DNA of 64,000 nt from NCBI GenBank assembly GCA_963816185.1, contig CAWFJJ010000028.1, positions 96,001 through 160,000 on the forward strand, given 5' to 3'. The DNA is from Thermoanaerobaculia bacterium (GTDB taxonomy: Bacteria > Acidobacteriota > Thermoanaerobaculia > UBA5066). The notes below the pieces were generated by a model, which had not been told where the DNA came from, did no database searches, and saw only the letters and a list, made by a program, of their open reading frames with translations. This document shows positions 36,722 to 45,968 of this stretch, piece after piece (positions within the stretch are counted from its first letter, which is position 1; every line of letters starts with the position of its first letter). The translations under genes were made by a program, and so were the position numbers.

Positions 36722-39700
36722 CTCTCTTCGCCCGGCTGTTGCGCCAGCGCTCGCTCGTCCTCGTCGCAAGCGTCGGCGTCATGCTCGCGGGCGCGGTCGC
36801 CCTCGGCCGCCTCGGGACCGGCATCTATCCGGAGATCGAGTTCCCGCGCATCGTCGTCGTCGCGCGAGCGGCGGACCTTCCGCCCGAGCAGATGCAGGCC
36901 GCCGTCGTCCGCCCGCTCGAGGAGTCGCTCGCGACCGTCCTCGGGCTCCGGCGCCTGCGCGTACGCATCATTCGCGGCGCGGCCGAGCTCTCGCTGCAGT
37001 TCGTAGACGGGACGGACATGTGGCGGGCACTGCAGCTCGTGGACGCAGCCGCGGCCGAGGCGCGCGGAAATCTTCCGCCGGGCGTCGAAACGGAGACCCA
37101 GAAGGTCACGCCGGCCGATTTCCCGATCCTCTCGTACAACCTCGTCGGCGCCAACGCGACGATCCGGCGCGAAGCCGCCGAGCAGCTCGTGCGGCCGGTG
37201 CTCTCGCGCGTGCCCGGAGTCGGGCGAGTCGAGGTCATCGGCGGGGACCCGCGCGAGGTCGAGATCGTCGCGGACCCCGCGCGCCTCGCGGCCGCGGGGA
37301 TCCGGCCCGCCGAGCTCGCGCGGCGCGTCGGCGAGGGGCTCGCGCGGCGGGCCGTCGGGCGCTTCGACTCGTTCCGGCAGACGACGACCGTCCTCGTGGA
37401 CCCTCCGGCTCTCGATCCCGAAAAGCTGGCCGGCCTGCCCATCGCGGCGAGCCGGCAGGGAAGCGTGCGTCTCGGCTCGCTCGCCGAGGTCGTCGAGGGG
37501 GCGCCGGATCGGGTCCTCGCCGTCCACGGGCCGGAAGGCGATGCCGTGCAGGTCAGCGTCTCGCGAATGCTCGGCGCGTCCGCCCCCGACGTCGTCCGGG
37601 GGATCGAGAAGGCAGCCCGAACTCTTCCGCTTCCCGCGGGTCTCGCGCTCAAGGAGGTCTACAACCAGGGCGGTCTCATCCGGGAGTCGATCCTCGGCAT
37701 CCGCGATGCGATCGTCCTCGGGATCCTCCTGACCGTCGGCGTCCTCGCGCTGTTCCTGCGCGACGCGCGCGCCGGCCTGCTCGCGGCGCTCTCGGTGCCG
37801 GTCGCCCTCGTCTCGACGTTCTTCGGAATGTCCGTGTTCGGCCAGACGCTGAACCTCATGTCGCTCGGCGGCATGGCGATCGCGATCGGCCTCGTGATCG
37901 ACGACGCGATCGTGGTCGTCGAGGCGATCGTGAGGAGGCGCGAGGAGGGCGCGTCGCCGGAAGCCGCCGTCGCGGAGGGACTCCGCGAGATGACGTCCCC
38001 CGTCATCGGGACCACCGTCACGACGATCGTCGTCCTTCTGCCGCTGGCCTTCATGACGGGGCTCGTCGGGAGCTTCTTCAAGGCCCTCGCGCTCACGCTC
38101 GCCTCGGCCGTCTTCGCCTCGCTCCTCTTCGCGCTCTTCGTCCTTCCGCTTCTCTGCGGACGGCTGCGCGAGAGCGGTGCGGAGCGCGGGGCGCGCGTCG
38201 AGAACGTGCATGCGGCGCTCCTCGGCGCCGCGGGGAGGCGCCGTCTCGCCGTGGCGGCCGCGACCGGCCTCCTCGCGCTCGGAGGCGCCGTCATCGCGCG
38301 GCGAATGCCCTCGGGTTTCCTTCCGGAAATGGACGAAGGGGCCTTCGTCCTCGACTACTTCATGCCCGCCGGGACGTCGCTCGCCGACACCGAGAAGGCG
38401 GCGCTCCACCTGGAGGCGATCCTCGCGGCGACTCCCGGCGTCTCGACGTGGAGCCGCCGCACGGGCGCCGAGCTGGGCCCGGTGACGGCGACTCTCATGA
38501 GCCGCGGCGACATCGCGGTGCGCCTCGTCCCGCGGGGAAAGAGGAAGGACGCGGAAGAGATCATTGCGGGGCTGCGCGCCCGAGTCGACGCCAAGCTCCC
38601 CGGCGTGCGCGTCGAGTTCGTGCAGATCCTCGAGGACGTCCTGAACGACCTGTCCGGCGCGCCGCGTCCGCTCGAGGTCAAGCTCTTCGGGCCGGACGAG
38701 GGTGTCCTGCGCGACCTCGCGGGCAAGCTGTCGCAAAGCCTCGCAAGCGTGCCGAGGCTCGTCGACACGTACTCCGGCGTCGAAGGGCAGGTTCCGCTGC
38801 GCGTCTTCACCGTGGACGGGGAGGCAGCCGTGCGAGCGGGGCTCACGGCTGCGGACGTGGCCGAGGATCTTGCGACGGCGCTGCAGGGGAAGGTCGTCGG
38901 TTCCGTGCCGCGCCTCGACCGGCTCGTCCCCGTGCGCGTGCGGTTCCCCGATGCCGTGCGGTTCTCGCCGGAGGCCGCCGGCAGCTTTCCGGTCGCCGTC
39001 GCGGGCGAGACCCTGCCGATCTCGCGTCTGGCTCCGTACGCGGAGGTGAGCGGCGCGAGCGTTCTCTACCGGGAGAACCTATCGCCCGTCGTCCCGGCGT
39101 CGGCAGACGTCGAGGGCGGCGACCTCGGCGGAGCCGCGCGCGCCGTCGCGGAACGGCTCTCGAAATTGCCTCTCCCGCCGGGCTATCGTTCGGAGATCGG
39201 CGGCCGGGCCGAGAGTCAGGGCCGAGCCTTCCGCGACCTCGCCGAGGTCCTCGCGCTGGGCGTCCTCGCCGTGTTCGCCGTCCTCGTGGCTCAGTTCCGT
39301 TCCGCGAAGGCCGCGCTCCTCGTCCTTCTCCTCGTGCCTGTCGCGCTCTCGGGCGGTGTCCTGTCCCTTTTCGTCTGCCGCGTCCCTCTGAACGTCTCGT
39401 CGGTGATGGGCCTCGTGCTCCTCGTCGGCCTCGTCGTCAAAAACGGGATTCTTCTCGTCCAGAAGGCGCAGGAGCTGATCAAAGCGGGAGAGGCGCCGGC
39501 GGCCGCTCTGGCGTCGGCCGCCCACCGGCGGCTGCGGCCCATCCTGTTGACGACGCTGTGCACGATCTTCGGCCTCCTCCCCCTTGCCTTCGCGTGGGGC
39601 GCCGGCTCCGAGCTCCAGCGGCCGCTCGCGATCGCCGTCGTCGGGGGCCTCCTCGTCTCGACCCTTGCGACCCTCGTCGCGCTGCCCCTGCTGGGCGCGC

Positions 39701-39741
39701 GCTTCGTCAGGACTGTCCCGCAAGCCATTGGGAACCCATGA
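36718..39741 (+). CDS. RND efflux permease (AcrB/CusA superfamily)
   Basis: [34 protein letters not shown] and RLRPILLTT motifs. Confidence 0.95.
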   Translation: MTLFARLLRQRSLVLVASVGVMLAGAVALGRLGTGIYPEIEFPRIVVVARAADLPPEQMQAAVVRPLEESLATVLGLRRLRVRIIRGAAELSLQFVDGTDMWRALQLVDAAAAEARGNLPPGVETETQKVTPADFPILSYNLVGANATIRREAAEQLVRPVLSRVPGVGRVEVIGGDPREVEIVADPARLAAAGIRPAELARRVGEGLARRAVGRFDSFRQTTTVLVDPPALDPEKLAGLPIAASRQGSVRLGSLAEVVEGAPDRVLAVHGPEGDAVQVSVSRMLGASAPDVVRGIEKAARTLPLPAGLALKEVYNQGGLIRESILGIRDAIVLGILLTVGVLALFLRDARAGLLAALSVPVALVSTFFGMSVFGQTLNLMSLGGMAIAIGLVIDDAIVVVEAIVRRREEGASPEAAVAEGLREMTSPVIGTTVTTIVVLLPLAFMTGLVGSFFKALALTLASAVFASLLFALFVLPLLCGRLRESGAERGARVENVHAALLGAAGRRRLAVAAATGLLALGGAVIARRMPSGFLPEMDEGAFVLDYFMPAGTSLADTEKAALHLEAILAATPGVSTWSRRTGAELGPVTATLMSRGDIAVRLVPRGKRKDAEEIIAGLRARVDAKLPGVRVEFVQILEDVLNDLSGAPRPLEVKLFGPDEGVLRDLAGKLSQSLASVPRLVDTYSGVEGQVPLRVFTVDGEAAVRAGLTAADVAEDLATALQGKVVGSVPRLDRLVPVRVRFPDAVRFSPEAAGSFPVAVAGETLPISRLAPYAEVSGASVLYRENLSPVVPASADVEGGDLGGAARAVAERLSKLPLPPGYRSEIGGRAESQGRAFRDLAEVLALGVLAVFAVLVAQFRSAKAALLVLLLVPVALSGGVLSLFVCRVPLNVSSVMGLVLLVGLVVKNGILLVQKAQELIKAGEAPAAALASAAHRRLRPILLTTLCTIFGLLPLAFAWGAGSELQRPLAIAVVGGLLVSTLATLVALPLLGARFVRTVPQAIGNP

Positions 39742-39800
39742 GGTTGCGGCCAGGACGTGGCTCTGCTACGATGGTAGATTCTGGGTCGAAGGAGCTAGAA

Positions 39801-40037
39801 ATGTCCGGAATCTGCCAGGTCACGGGAAAGCGCGCGGTGTCGGGGAACAAGGTTTCCCACGCCAACAACAAGACGAAGCGGCTCTTCAAGCCGAATCTCC
39901 GCTCGCAGCGTTTCTGGCTCGCGAGCGAGCGCCGCTGGGTTCGGCTGCGCGTCTCGACGGCAGCGATGCGGACGATCGACAAGAAGGGGCTGGAAGCCGT
40001 CGTCGCCGGGATGCGGCGCGAGGGGAAGAGGATCTAG
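39801..40037 (+). CDS. rpmB: 50S ribosomal protein L28, form without CxxC
   Basis: [41 protein letters not shown]. Confidence 0.96.
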   Translation: MSGICQVTGKRAVSGNKVSHANNKTKRLFKPNLRSQRFWLASERRWVRLRVSTAAMRTIDKKGLEAVVAGMRREGKRI

Positions 40038-40040
40038 GCC

Positions 40041-40193
40041 ATGCGCGAGAAGGTGAAGCTCGTCTCCACGGCGAACACGGGTTACTTCTACACGATCACG
40101 AAGAACAAGAAGACCCATCAGGACAAGATGGAAGTGAAGAAGTACGACCCCAAGATCCGCAAACACGTGGCCTTCAAGGAGTCGAAGATCTAA
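40041..40193 (+). CDS. rpmG: 50S ribosomal protein L33, Cys-free form (absent from the ORF track)
   Basis: [50 protein letters not shown]. Confidence 0.96.
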   Translation: MREKVKLVSTANTGYFYTITKNKKTHQDKMEVKKYDPKIRKHVAFKESKI

Positions 40194-40197
40194 CCTG

Positions 40198-40217
40198 GGG
40201 GCGCCTCGAAGCGCCCC
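40198..40217. terminator. Hairpin between convergent genes
   Basis: GGGGCGC-CTCGAA-GCGCCCC. No U-tract. Confidence 0.4.
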
Positions 40218-40257
40218 GTCCCCCACAACCTAGAGGACTTCTCGAGCCCGCACCGCT

Positions 40258-41436
40258 CTACGGGCTCATCCTCCGAATCGCAAGGACGCCGATCGCCGCA
40301 AGGATCAGCGACAAGGCGATCAATCCCAGCGGATCGAGTGTCGGAACGGCAACTCCGCCGGGCGTGGGTGTCGGCGTCGGAGTCCCCGGAGGAGCCGTTG
40401 GTGTCAGAGTCGGAGTAGAGGTTGGCGTCGACGTCGGAGTAAAGGTCGGTGTGGGAGGCGGGGGCGCGGCGCCGGTCGTTACCGCCACGAAGACGGGAAG
40501 GCCCAACCCTGTGGCGGCTCCGGAGAGCGTTCGCAGCGGGGCGACATTGCCGTTCGCCGTTCGCGCATAGACCGTGACGGAACTGCCGCTACTGTTCGCG
40601 ACGGCCACCTCGTCGTTTACGAGGTCCCCGGCCAGGCCGAACGGTGCATTCAGACTCGTAGCAGCCCCCGCGATGGTCCGCAGCGGGGCGACATTGCCGT
40701 TCGCCGTCCGGGTGTAGACCGTAAGGGAGTTGCCGGTGCGGTTCGATACGATCAACTCGTTGTTCACGGTGTCGACGGCCACAGCGTTTTAAAGGTTCAG
40801 GCCAGTGGCGCCCCCGGACAGGACCCGCAGCGGGGCCACGTTCCCATTCGCCGTCCGAGCGAAGACCCTGACGGCGGCCGGGAGATCCGCCACGACCAGC
40901 TCGTTGTTCACGAGGTCGAGGGCCACGTCGACCGGACCATTCAATCCCGTGGCGGCTCCGGCGATTCTCCGCAGTGGGGGCACATTGCCACTCGCCGTCC
41001 GGGCGTAGACCGAGATCGAGAGCGAGCCCATGTTCGAGTCGGCGACCACCAGCTCGTTGTTGACGGTGTCCACGGCCAGGCCCGCCGGACTACTCAAGAG
41101 CGTGGCGCCCCCGGACAGAGTCCGCAGCGGAGCGACGTCGCCGTTCGCCGTCAGGGGGTAGACCGTGACGGAGTTGTTGCCAAAATTCGCCACGATCAGC
41201 TCGTTGTTCACCCTGTCCACGGCGAGGCCCGCTGGATTATTCAGGAGCGTCGCAGCCCCGGAGAGCGTCCGCGTCGGTGCGACGTTGCCGTTCGCGGTCC
41301 GGGCGTAGACCGTGATGGAGCTGGTGGCGCCTTCGTTTCCGACGAAGAGCTCGTCCTGGGCCCAGGCCGTCCCGCTCCCCATGCTCAGAACAAGTGCCGC
41401 GATCGAACAACCCGATCGGAGAAAGCGATCTGACAT
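40258..41436 (-). pseudogene. Six-repeat NHL-like beta-propeller surface protein with PT linker and IPTL-CTERM-like anchor, split by an in-frame TAA at 40789-40791
   Basis: ORFs 40789-41436 and 40258-40782 share one frame (GLNL*NAVAVD). C-terminus is VPTLDPLGLIALSLILAAIGVLAIRR. Confidence 0.82.
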
Positions 41437-41687
41437 CTATCTGCCACCTTTCGTGTGGGGCGAGCCTCTCAGGGGCTCAGCCTCCGAATCGCGAAGACGC
41501 CGAGGGCCGCGAGGATCAGCGACAAGGCGATCAGTCCTCGCGAATCGAGTGTCGGAACGGCAACTCCGCCGGGCGTGGGTGTAGGCGTCGGAGTCCCCGG
41601 AGGAGCCGTCGGAGTCAGAGTCGGCGTAAAGGTTGGTGTCGAAGTCGGAGTAGATGTTGGTGTCGGAGGCGGGGGCGCGGCGCCGGT
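40270..41687. repeat. Diverged direct repeat of about 205 bp (40270-40476 and 41481-41687): shared 3' ends of the tandem paralogs
   Basis: Long identical stretches such as GGATCAGCGACAAGGCGATCA and ATCGAGTGTCGGAACGGCAACTCCGCCGGGCGTGGGTGT. Confidence 0.85.
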
Positions 41688-42635
41688 AGTGATCGCCAGG
41701 GATTGAGGGCCGTTCAGCCCTGTGGTGCCGCCGGCGAGCATCCGCAGGGGGGCGACGTTGCCATTCGCCGTTCGCGCGTAGGCCGTGATGGAGTTGTTGG
41801 AAAAATTCGCCACAACCAGTTCGTCGTTCGTCGTGTCCACGGCGGGACCCCGTGGGCTATTCAGCCCCGTCGCGGCGCCCGTGAGGGTGCGTAGGGGCGC
41901 GACGTTGCCATTCGCGGTCCGGGCGTAGACCGTAACGGAGTTGTTGCCCGGGTTCACCACGGCCAGCTCGTTGTTCACGAGGTCCAGGGCCAGGCCGAAC
42001 GGACCATTCAACCCCGTGGCGGCCCCGGCGATGATCCGTAGCGGGGGGACGTTGCCATTCGCCGTCCGTGAATAGACCCTGACGGAAGGGAGGCTGGAAT
42101 TCGTGACAACCAGCTCGTTGTTCACGGCGTCGACGGCCACGCCAGATGGCTGAAACAACCCCGTGGAGTCGGTGAGCGTCCGCAGCGCGGCCACATTGCC
42201 ATTCGCCGCTCGGGCGTAGACCGTGATGGCGCCGAACGAATTGACCACCACCAGCTCGTTGTTGACAGGGTCCACGGCCAGGCGGAACGGCTCAGTCAAC
42301 CCGGTCGTGGCCCCGGCGATGGTCCGCAGCGGAGCCACGTTGCCGTTGGCCGTCCGGGCGTAGACCGTAACTGACGTGTTCCCCACGTTCGCCACGAACA
42401 GCTCGCTGTTCACGGCGTCCACGGACACACCCGTGGGCGTACTCAATCCCGTGGCGGCCCCGGCGATGGTCCGCGTCGGGGCGACATTGCCGTTGGCCGT
42501 CCGCGCGTAGACCGTAACAGAGTTGTTGGCGCTGTTCGCGACGAACATCTCGTCCTGGGCCCAGGCCGTCCCGGTCCCCACGCCCAGAAGAATCGCAACG
42601 ATCGAATAACCCGCCCGAAGAACGCGACCCGACAT
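41469..42635 (-). CDS. Six-repeat NHL-like beta-propeller surface protein with PT linker and IPTL-CTERM-like anchor
   Basis: Signal peptide, six VYARTANGNVAPLRT-type repeats, and VPTL + TM + RR tail. GGAGG before ATG 42635. Confidence 0.85.
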   Translation of the reverse strand: MSGRVLRAGYSIVAILLGVGTGTAWAQDEMFVANSANNSVTVYARTANGNVAPTRTIAGAATGLSTPTGVSVDAVNSELFVANVGNTSVTVYARTANGNVAPLRTIAGATTGLTEPFRLAVDPVNNELVVVNSFGAITVYARAANGNVAALRTLTDSTGLFQPSGVAVDAVNNELVVTNSSLPSVRVYSRTANGNVPPLRIIAGAATGLNGPFGLALDLVNNELAVVNPGNNSVTVYARTANGNVAPLRTLTGAATGLNSPRGPAVDTTNDELVVANFSNNSITAYARTANGNVAPLRMLAGGTTGLNGPQSLAITTGAAPPPPTPTSTPTSTPTFTPTLTPTAPPGTPTPTPTPGGVAVPTLDSRGLIALSLILAALGVFAIRRLSP

Positions 42636-42802
42636 CCTCCACCTCCACTTCGAAATCTCGCCGCGATTCGCCGCGGCAGCCACGCGCAGTCGGTTGTCTG
42701 ATCTAAATGCGATGAAAACCGCCCCGCGGGCTCACGCGCCCGTTCTCGTGGCGATCCCGGGGTGTAAGATCACCGCACAGAATCGTTTAGGTGCCTTCGA
42801 CA

Positions 42803-43375
42803 ATGTCGACGCCAAGCCCGAGCGACGTGACGGCGCTGCTCCTCGCGTGGGGTCGCGGCGAGAGCACGGCGCGCGAGAAGCTGATCCCTCTCGTTTACGC
42901 GGAGCTTCGGCGCCTGGCGGCCGGGGCGATGGCGGCCGAGCGGCTGGACCATACGCTCGAGCCGACCGCCCTCGTGCACGAGACGTATCTCAAGCTCGTC
43001 CGGCAAACGGGCGTCCCCTGGCAGAACCGCGCGCACTTCTTCGGCGTGGCGGCGCGTCTGATGCGCCAGATCCTGGTGGACCATGCCCGTGTCCACGGGG
43101 CGCAGAAAAGGGGCGGTGGCAGGCCTCGGCTCACGCTCGACTCCGCGCTCGCCGCCGCGGCTGGAGGGAACGAGGTCGAGCTGCTCGCCCTGGACGACGC
43201 GCTCGAGGAGCTTTCGCGGATCGACGAGGCACAGGGCCGCATCGTGGAGCTGCGCTTCTTCGGCGGCCTCTCTGTCCCCGAAACCGCGGAGGTGCTCGGC
43301 ATCTCGCCCGCGACCGTGAAGCGGGACTGGGCCGTCGCGCGAGCGTGGCTCTTCCGGCGGCTGGCTTCGGCGTGA
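42803..43375 (+). CDS. ECF sigma factor of the kinase-associated type (TIGR02999/ECF43-like)
   Basis: DVTALL, LVYAELRRLA, HTLEPTALVHETYLKL, NRAHFF and TVKRDWAVARAWL motifs. Confidence 0.92.
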   Translation: MSTPSPSDVTALLLAWGRGESTAREKLIPLVYAELRRLAAGAMAAERLDHTLEPTALVHETYLKLVRQTGVPWQNRAHFFGVAARLMRQILVDHARVHGAQKRGGGRPRLTLDSALAAAAGGNEVELLALDDALEELSRIDEAQGRIVELRFFGGLSVPETAEVLGISPATVKRDWAVARAWLFRRLASA

Positions 43376-43382
43376 GGGAGAG

Positions 43383-45968
43383 ATGACGCCGGAAGAGTGG
43401 GGAACCGTCAAGGACCTCTTCGACGAAGCGCTCGGGCGGCCCGAAGGCGAGCGCGCGGGGTTCGTCTGCCGCCGGACCGGAGGGGACGAGGCGGTCGCTC
43501 GGGAGGTGTTGTCGCTCCTCGAAGCGCACGAGGGGGCGGGAGGATTTCTGCGGTCGCCGACGGCGACGCGCGCCGGCGCTGACGCGCCCCGCCCGCCGCT
43601 ACCGAAGCGCGTGGGCCCTTACGGGGTCCTCCGCGAGCTGGGCTCGGGAGGGATGGGAATCGTCTATCTCGCCGAGCAGATCGGGCCGGACTTCCGGAGG
43701 CCGGTGGCGGTCAAGGTGATCCGCCACGGCTCCAGCAGCGCGCTGTTCGTGCGGCGCTTCCAGAACGAGCGCCGGATTCTCGCGGGACTTTCGCACCCGA
43801 ACATCGCGGCGTTGCTCGACGGCGGGACGACGGAAGACGGGCTGCCGTACTTCGCGATGGAGTACGTGGCGGGGACGCCGCTGAACGAGTACTGCGACTC
43901 GCACCGCTTTTCGACTGCGCAAAGGCTGATCCTCTTCCGGACGATCTGCGCGGCCGTCCAATACGCCCACCAGAACCTCGTCGTCCATCGGGACCTCAAG
44001 CCGGGGAACATCCTCGTGACGCAGGAAGGCGTCCCGAAGCTTCTCGACTTCGGCCTCGCCAAGGTTCTCGAGCCCGGACCCGACGCCTCGCCCGAGGAGA
44101 CCGCGACGAATCTCAGGATCTTCACGCCCGCGTATGCGAGCCCCGAGCAGGTGAAGGGTGAGATCGTCACGACGGCGAGCGACGTGTACTCGCTTGGCGC
44201 TCTTCTGTACGTCCTCCTGACCGGGAAGCGGCCCTACCGCGTCACGACGCGGGCCACGGAGGAGCTCGCGCGGGCGGTCCTCGAACAGGACCCGACCCGG
44301 CCGAGCCTCGCCGTGCGGGCCGAGGCAGAGCCCGCGAACCACGATGGAGAGGCGGCGCCGACGCCCGTCCAAACAGCCCTGGCCCGCGGGAGCACGCCCG
44401 AGAAGCTCTCTCGCGTGCTCGCCGGGGACCTCGACACGATCGTCCTCAAGGCGATGCACAAGGACCCAGGGCGGCGGTACGCCTCGGCCGAAAGGCTCTC
44501 TGCGGACATCGGACGCCAACTCGACGGCCGGCCGGTGTCGGCACGGCCCGACTCGCGCGCGTACCGCCTCGGGAAGTTCGTGCGCCGGCACGCCGTCGCG
44601 GTCGTGGCGGCAGGCCTGGTCGTCCTCGCGGTCGCCGGCGGCGCCGCGGCGACGCTCTGGCAGGCGCGTCGGGCGGCCGAGAAGGAAGCCCTCGCGGTCC
44701 GGCGGTTCAACGACGTGCGCAGGCTCGCGAACGCCTACCTCTTCGAGTTCCACGACGCGATCGAGAACCTGGCCGGTTCCACGCCGGCGCGCCAGCTCGT
44801 CGTCCGGAGAGGTCTCGAGTACCTCGACGGGCTCGCGAGGGAGGCGAAAGGCGACCGCTCGCTGCAGAGGGAGCTCGCCGCGGCGTACGCCAAGGTGGGG
44901 GACGTGCAGGGGGGCGGCCATTTCGGGAACCTCGGCGACACGGCGGGGGCGAAGGCCAGCTACGCCAAGGCTCTCGCACTCCGCGAGGACATCGCTCACG
45001 CCCCCGGCGCCGGGCCCGGCGACAGGGCCGACCTCGTCGACGCCCGGCTCAGGGTGAGTTCGCTTCTGAGCCTGACCGGGGACCACGCGGGCGCCGCCGC
45101 CGCGGCGCGGAGCGCCGTCTCGGAAGCGGAGGCCCTCGCCGACCCGGAGCCGCTCGCCCGAGCATGGCACCGGCTCGGCCAGATCCTCGTCGACGCCGGC
45201 AGCTACGGCGACGCGCTCGTCTGCTACACGAAGGAAGTCGCGATCTTCGAGAAACTAAGCGCCGAACAACCGGCCAACGCCCGTGTTCGGCACGGCCTGG
45301 CCATCGGCTACAAATACGTGGGTGGGATCTGCGCGCACGACAAGAGGTATCTCGAGTCCGTCGCGAGCTATAGAAAGGCGCTCGTGATCGAGGAGGCATT
45401 CGTCGCGGCCGAGCCGGCGAACGCGAGGTATCGGCGCGATCTCTCCTTCACGCTCAGCGACGTCGGATACAACCTTCTCTATCTCGGAGACAAGAAGTCC
45501 GCCCTCGAAAGCTACCGACGGGCCGTCGGAATCCGCGAAGCCCTGGCGGCGGCCGATCCCAAGGATGTCACTCTCACCAGGGCGCTCGCGGCGGTATACG
45601 TCCGCCTGGGGCTGGCCGAGGTCGAGGCGGGTGAACCCGGTTGGTTCGCGCACGGGCAGCGAGCGCTGGCTCTCCTCGACGACCTGGTGGAGAAGAACCC
45701 CCGCTCGGTCGAAGACCGCCGCCTGCGTGCGGAAGCACTCGCGAGCGTGGGCGACTTCGTGGGCCTCGGCCAGACTCCCCAATGGCGCGGTACGCTCGAT
45801 CCGCCGCCTCCGCCCGGGGTCTGCCCCTGGCACAGGAAGAGCCTCAAAGCGTGGGAGGAGCTGCAGAAGGAGGGTGCCCTGAGCAAGGCCCAGCAGGAGC
45901 AGGCCGAATACGTCGAGGGCACCGTACGCGCGTGCGACAAGAGCGAGGCGATCGGGAGACGACCGTGA
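43383..45968 (+). CDS. Hanks Ser/Thr kinase with TM helix and TPR repeats
   Basis: GSGGMGIVY, HRDLKPGN, DFG, TPAYASPEQ and GDLDTIVLKA motifs. Confidence 0.93.
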   Translation: MTPEEWGTVKDLFDEALGRPEGERAGFVCRRTGGDEAVAREVLSLLEAHEGAGGFLRSPTATRAGADAPRPPLPKRVGPYGVLRELGSGGMGIVYLAEQIGPDFRRPVAVKVIRHGSSSALFVRRFQNERRILAGLSHPNIAALLDGGTTEDGLPYFAMEYVAGTPLNEYCDSHRFSTAQRLILFRTICAAVQYAHQNLVVHRDLKPGNILVTQEGVPKLLDFGLAKVLEPGPDASPEETATNLRIFTPAYASPEQVKGEIVTTASDVYSLGALLYVLLTGKRPYRVTTRATEELARAVLEQDPTRPSLAVRAEAEPANHDGEAAPTPVQTALARGSTPEKLSRVLAGDLDTIVLKAMHKDPGRRYASAERLSADIGRQLDGRPVSARPDSRAYRLGKFVRRHAVAVVAAGLVVLAVAGGAAATLWQARRAAEKEALAVRRFNDVRRLANAYLFEFHDAIENLAGSTPARQLVVRRGLEYLDGLAREAKGDRSLQRELAAAYAKVGDVQGGGHFGNLGDTAGAKASYAKALALREDIAHAPGAGPGDRADLVDARLRVSSLLSLTGDHAGAAAAARSAVSEAEALADPEPLARAWHRLGQILVDAGSYGDALVCYTKEVAIFEKLSAEQPANARVRHGLAIGYKYVGGICAHDKRYLESVASYRKALVIEEAFVAAEPANARYRRDLSFTLSDVGYNLLYLGDKKSALESYRRAVGIREALAAADPKDVTLTRALAAVYVRLGLAEVEAGEPGWFAHGQRALALLDDLVEKNPRSVEDRRLRAEALASVGDFVGLGQTPQWRGTLDPPPPPGVCPWHRKSLKAWEELQKEGALSKAQQEQAEYVEGTVRACDKSEAIGRRP

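Noticed and set aside
36657-40037. 1126-aa ORF ending in L28, and other long overlapping antisense or off-frame ORFs
   Set aside because: These are high-GC shadow frames without motifs. L28 has its own RBS and ATG at 39801.
40480-42560. Regularly spaced DNA repeats resembling a CRISPR array (also 27250-29300)
   Set aside because: The repeats vary at third codon positions and encode protein repeats. There are no unique spacers and no cas genes.
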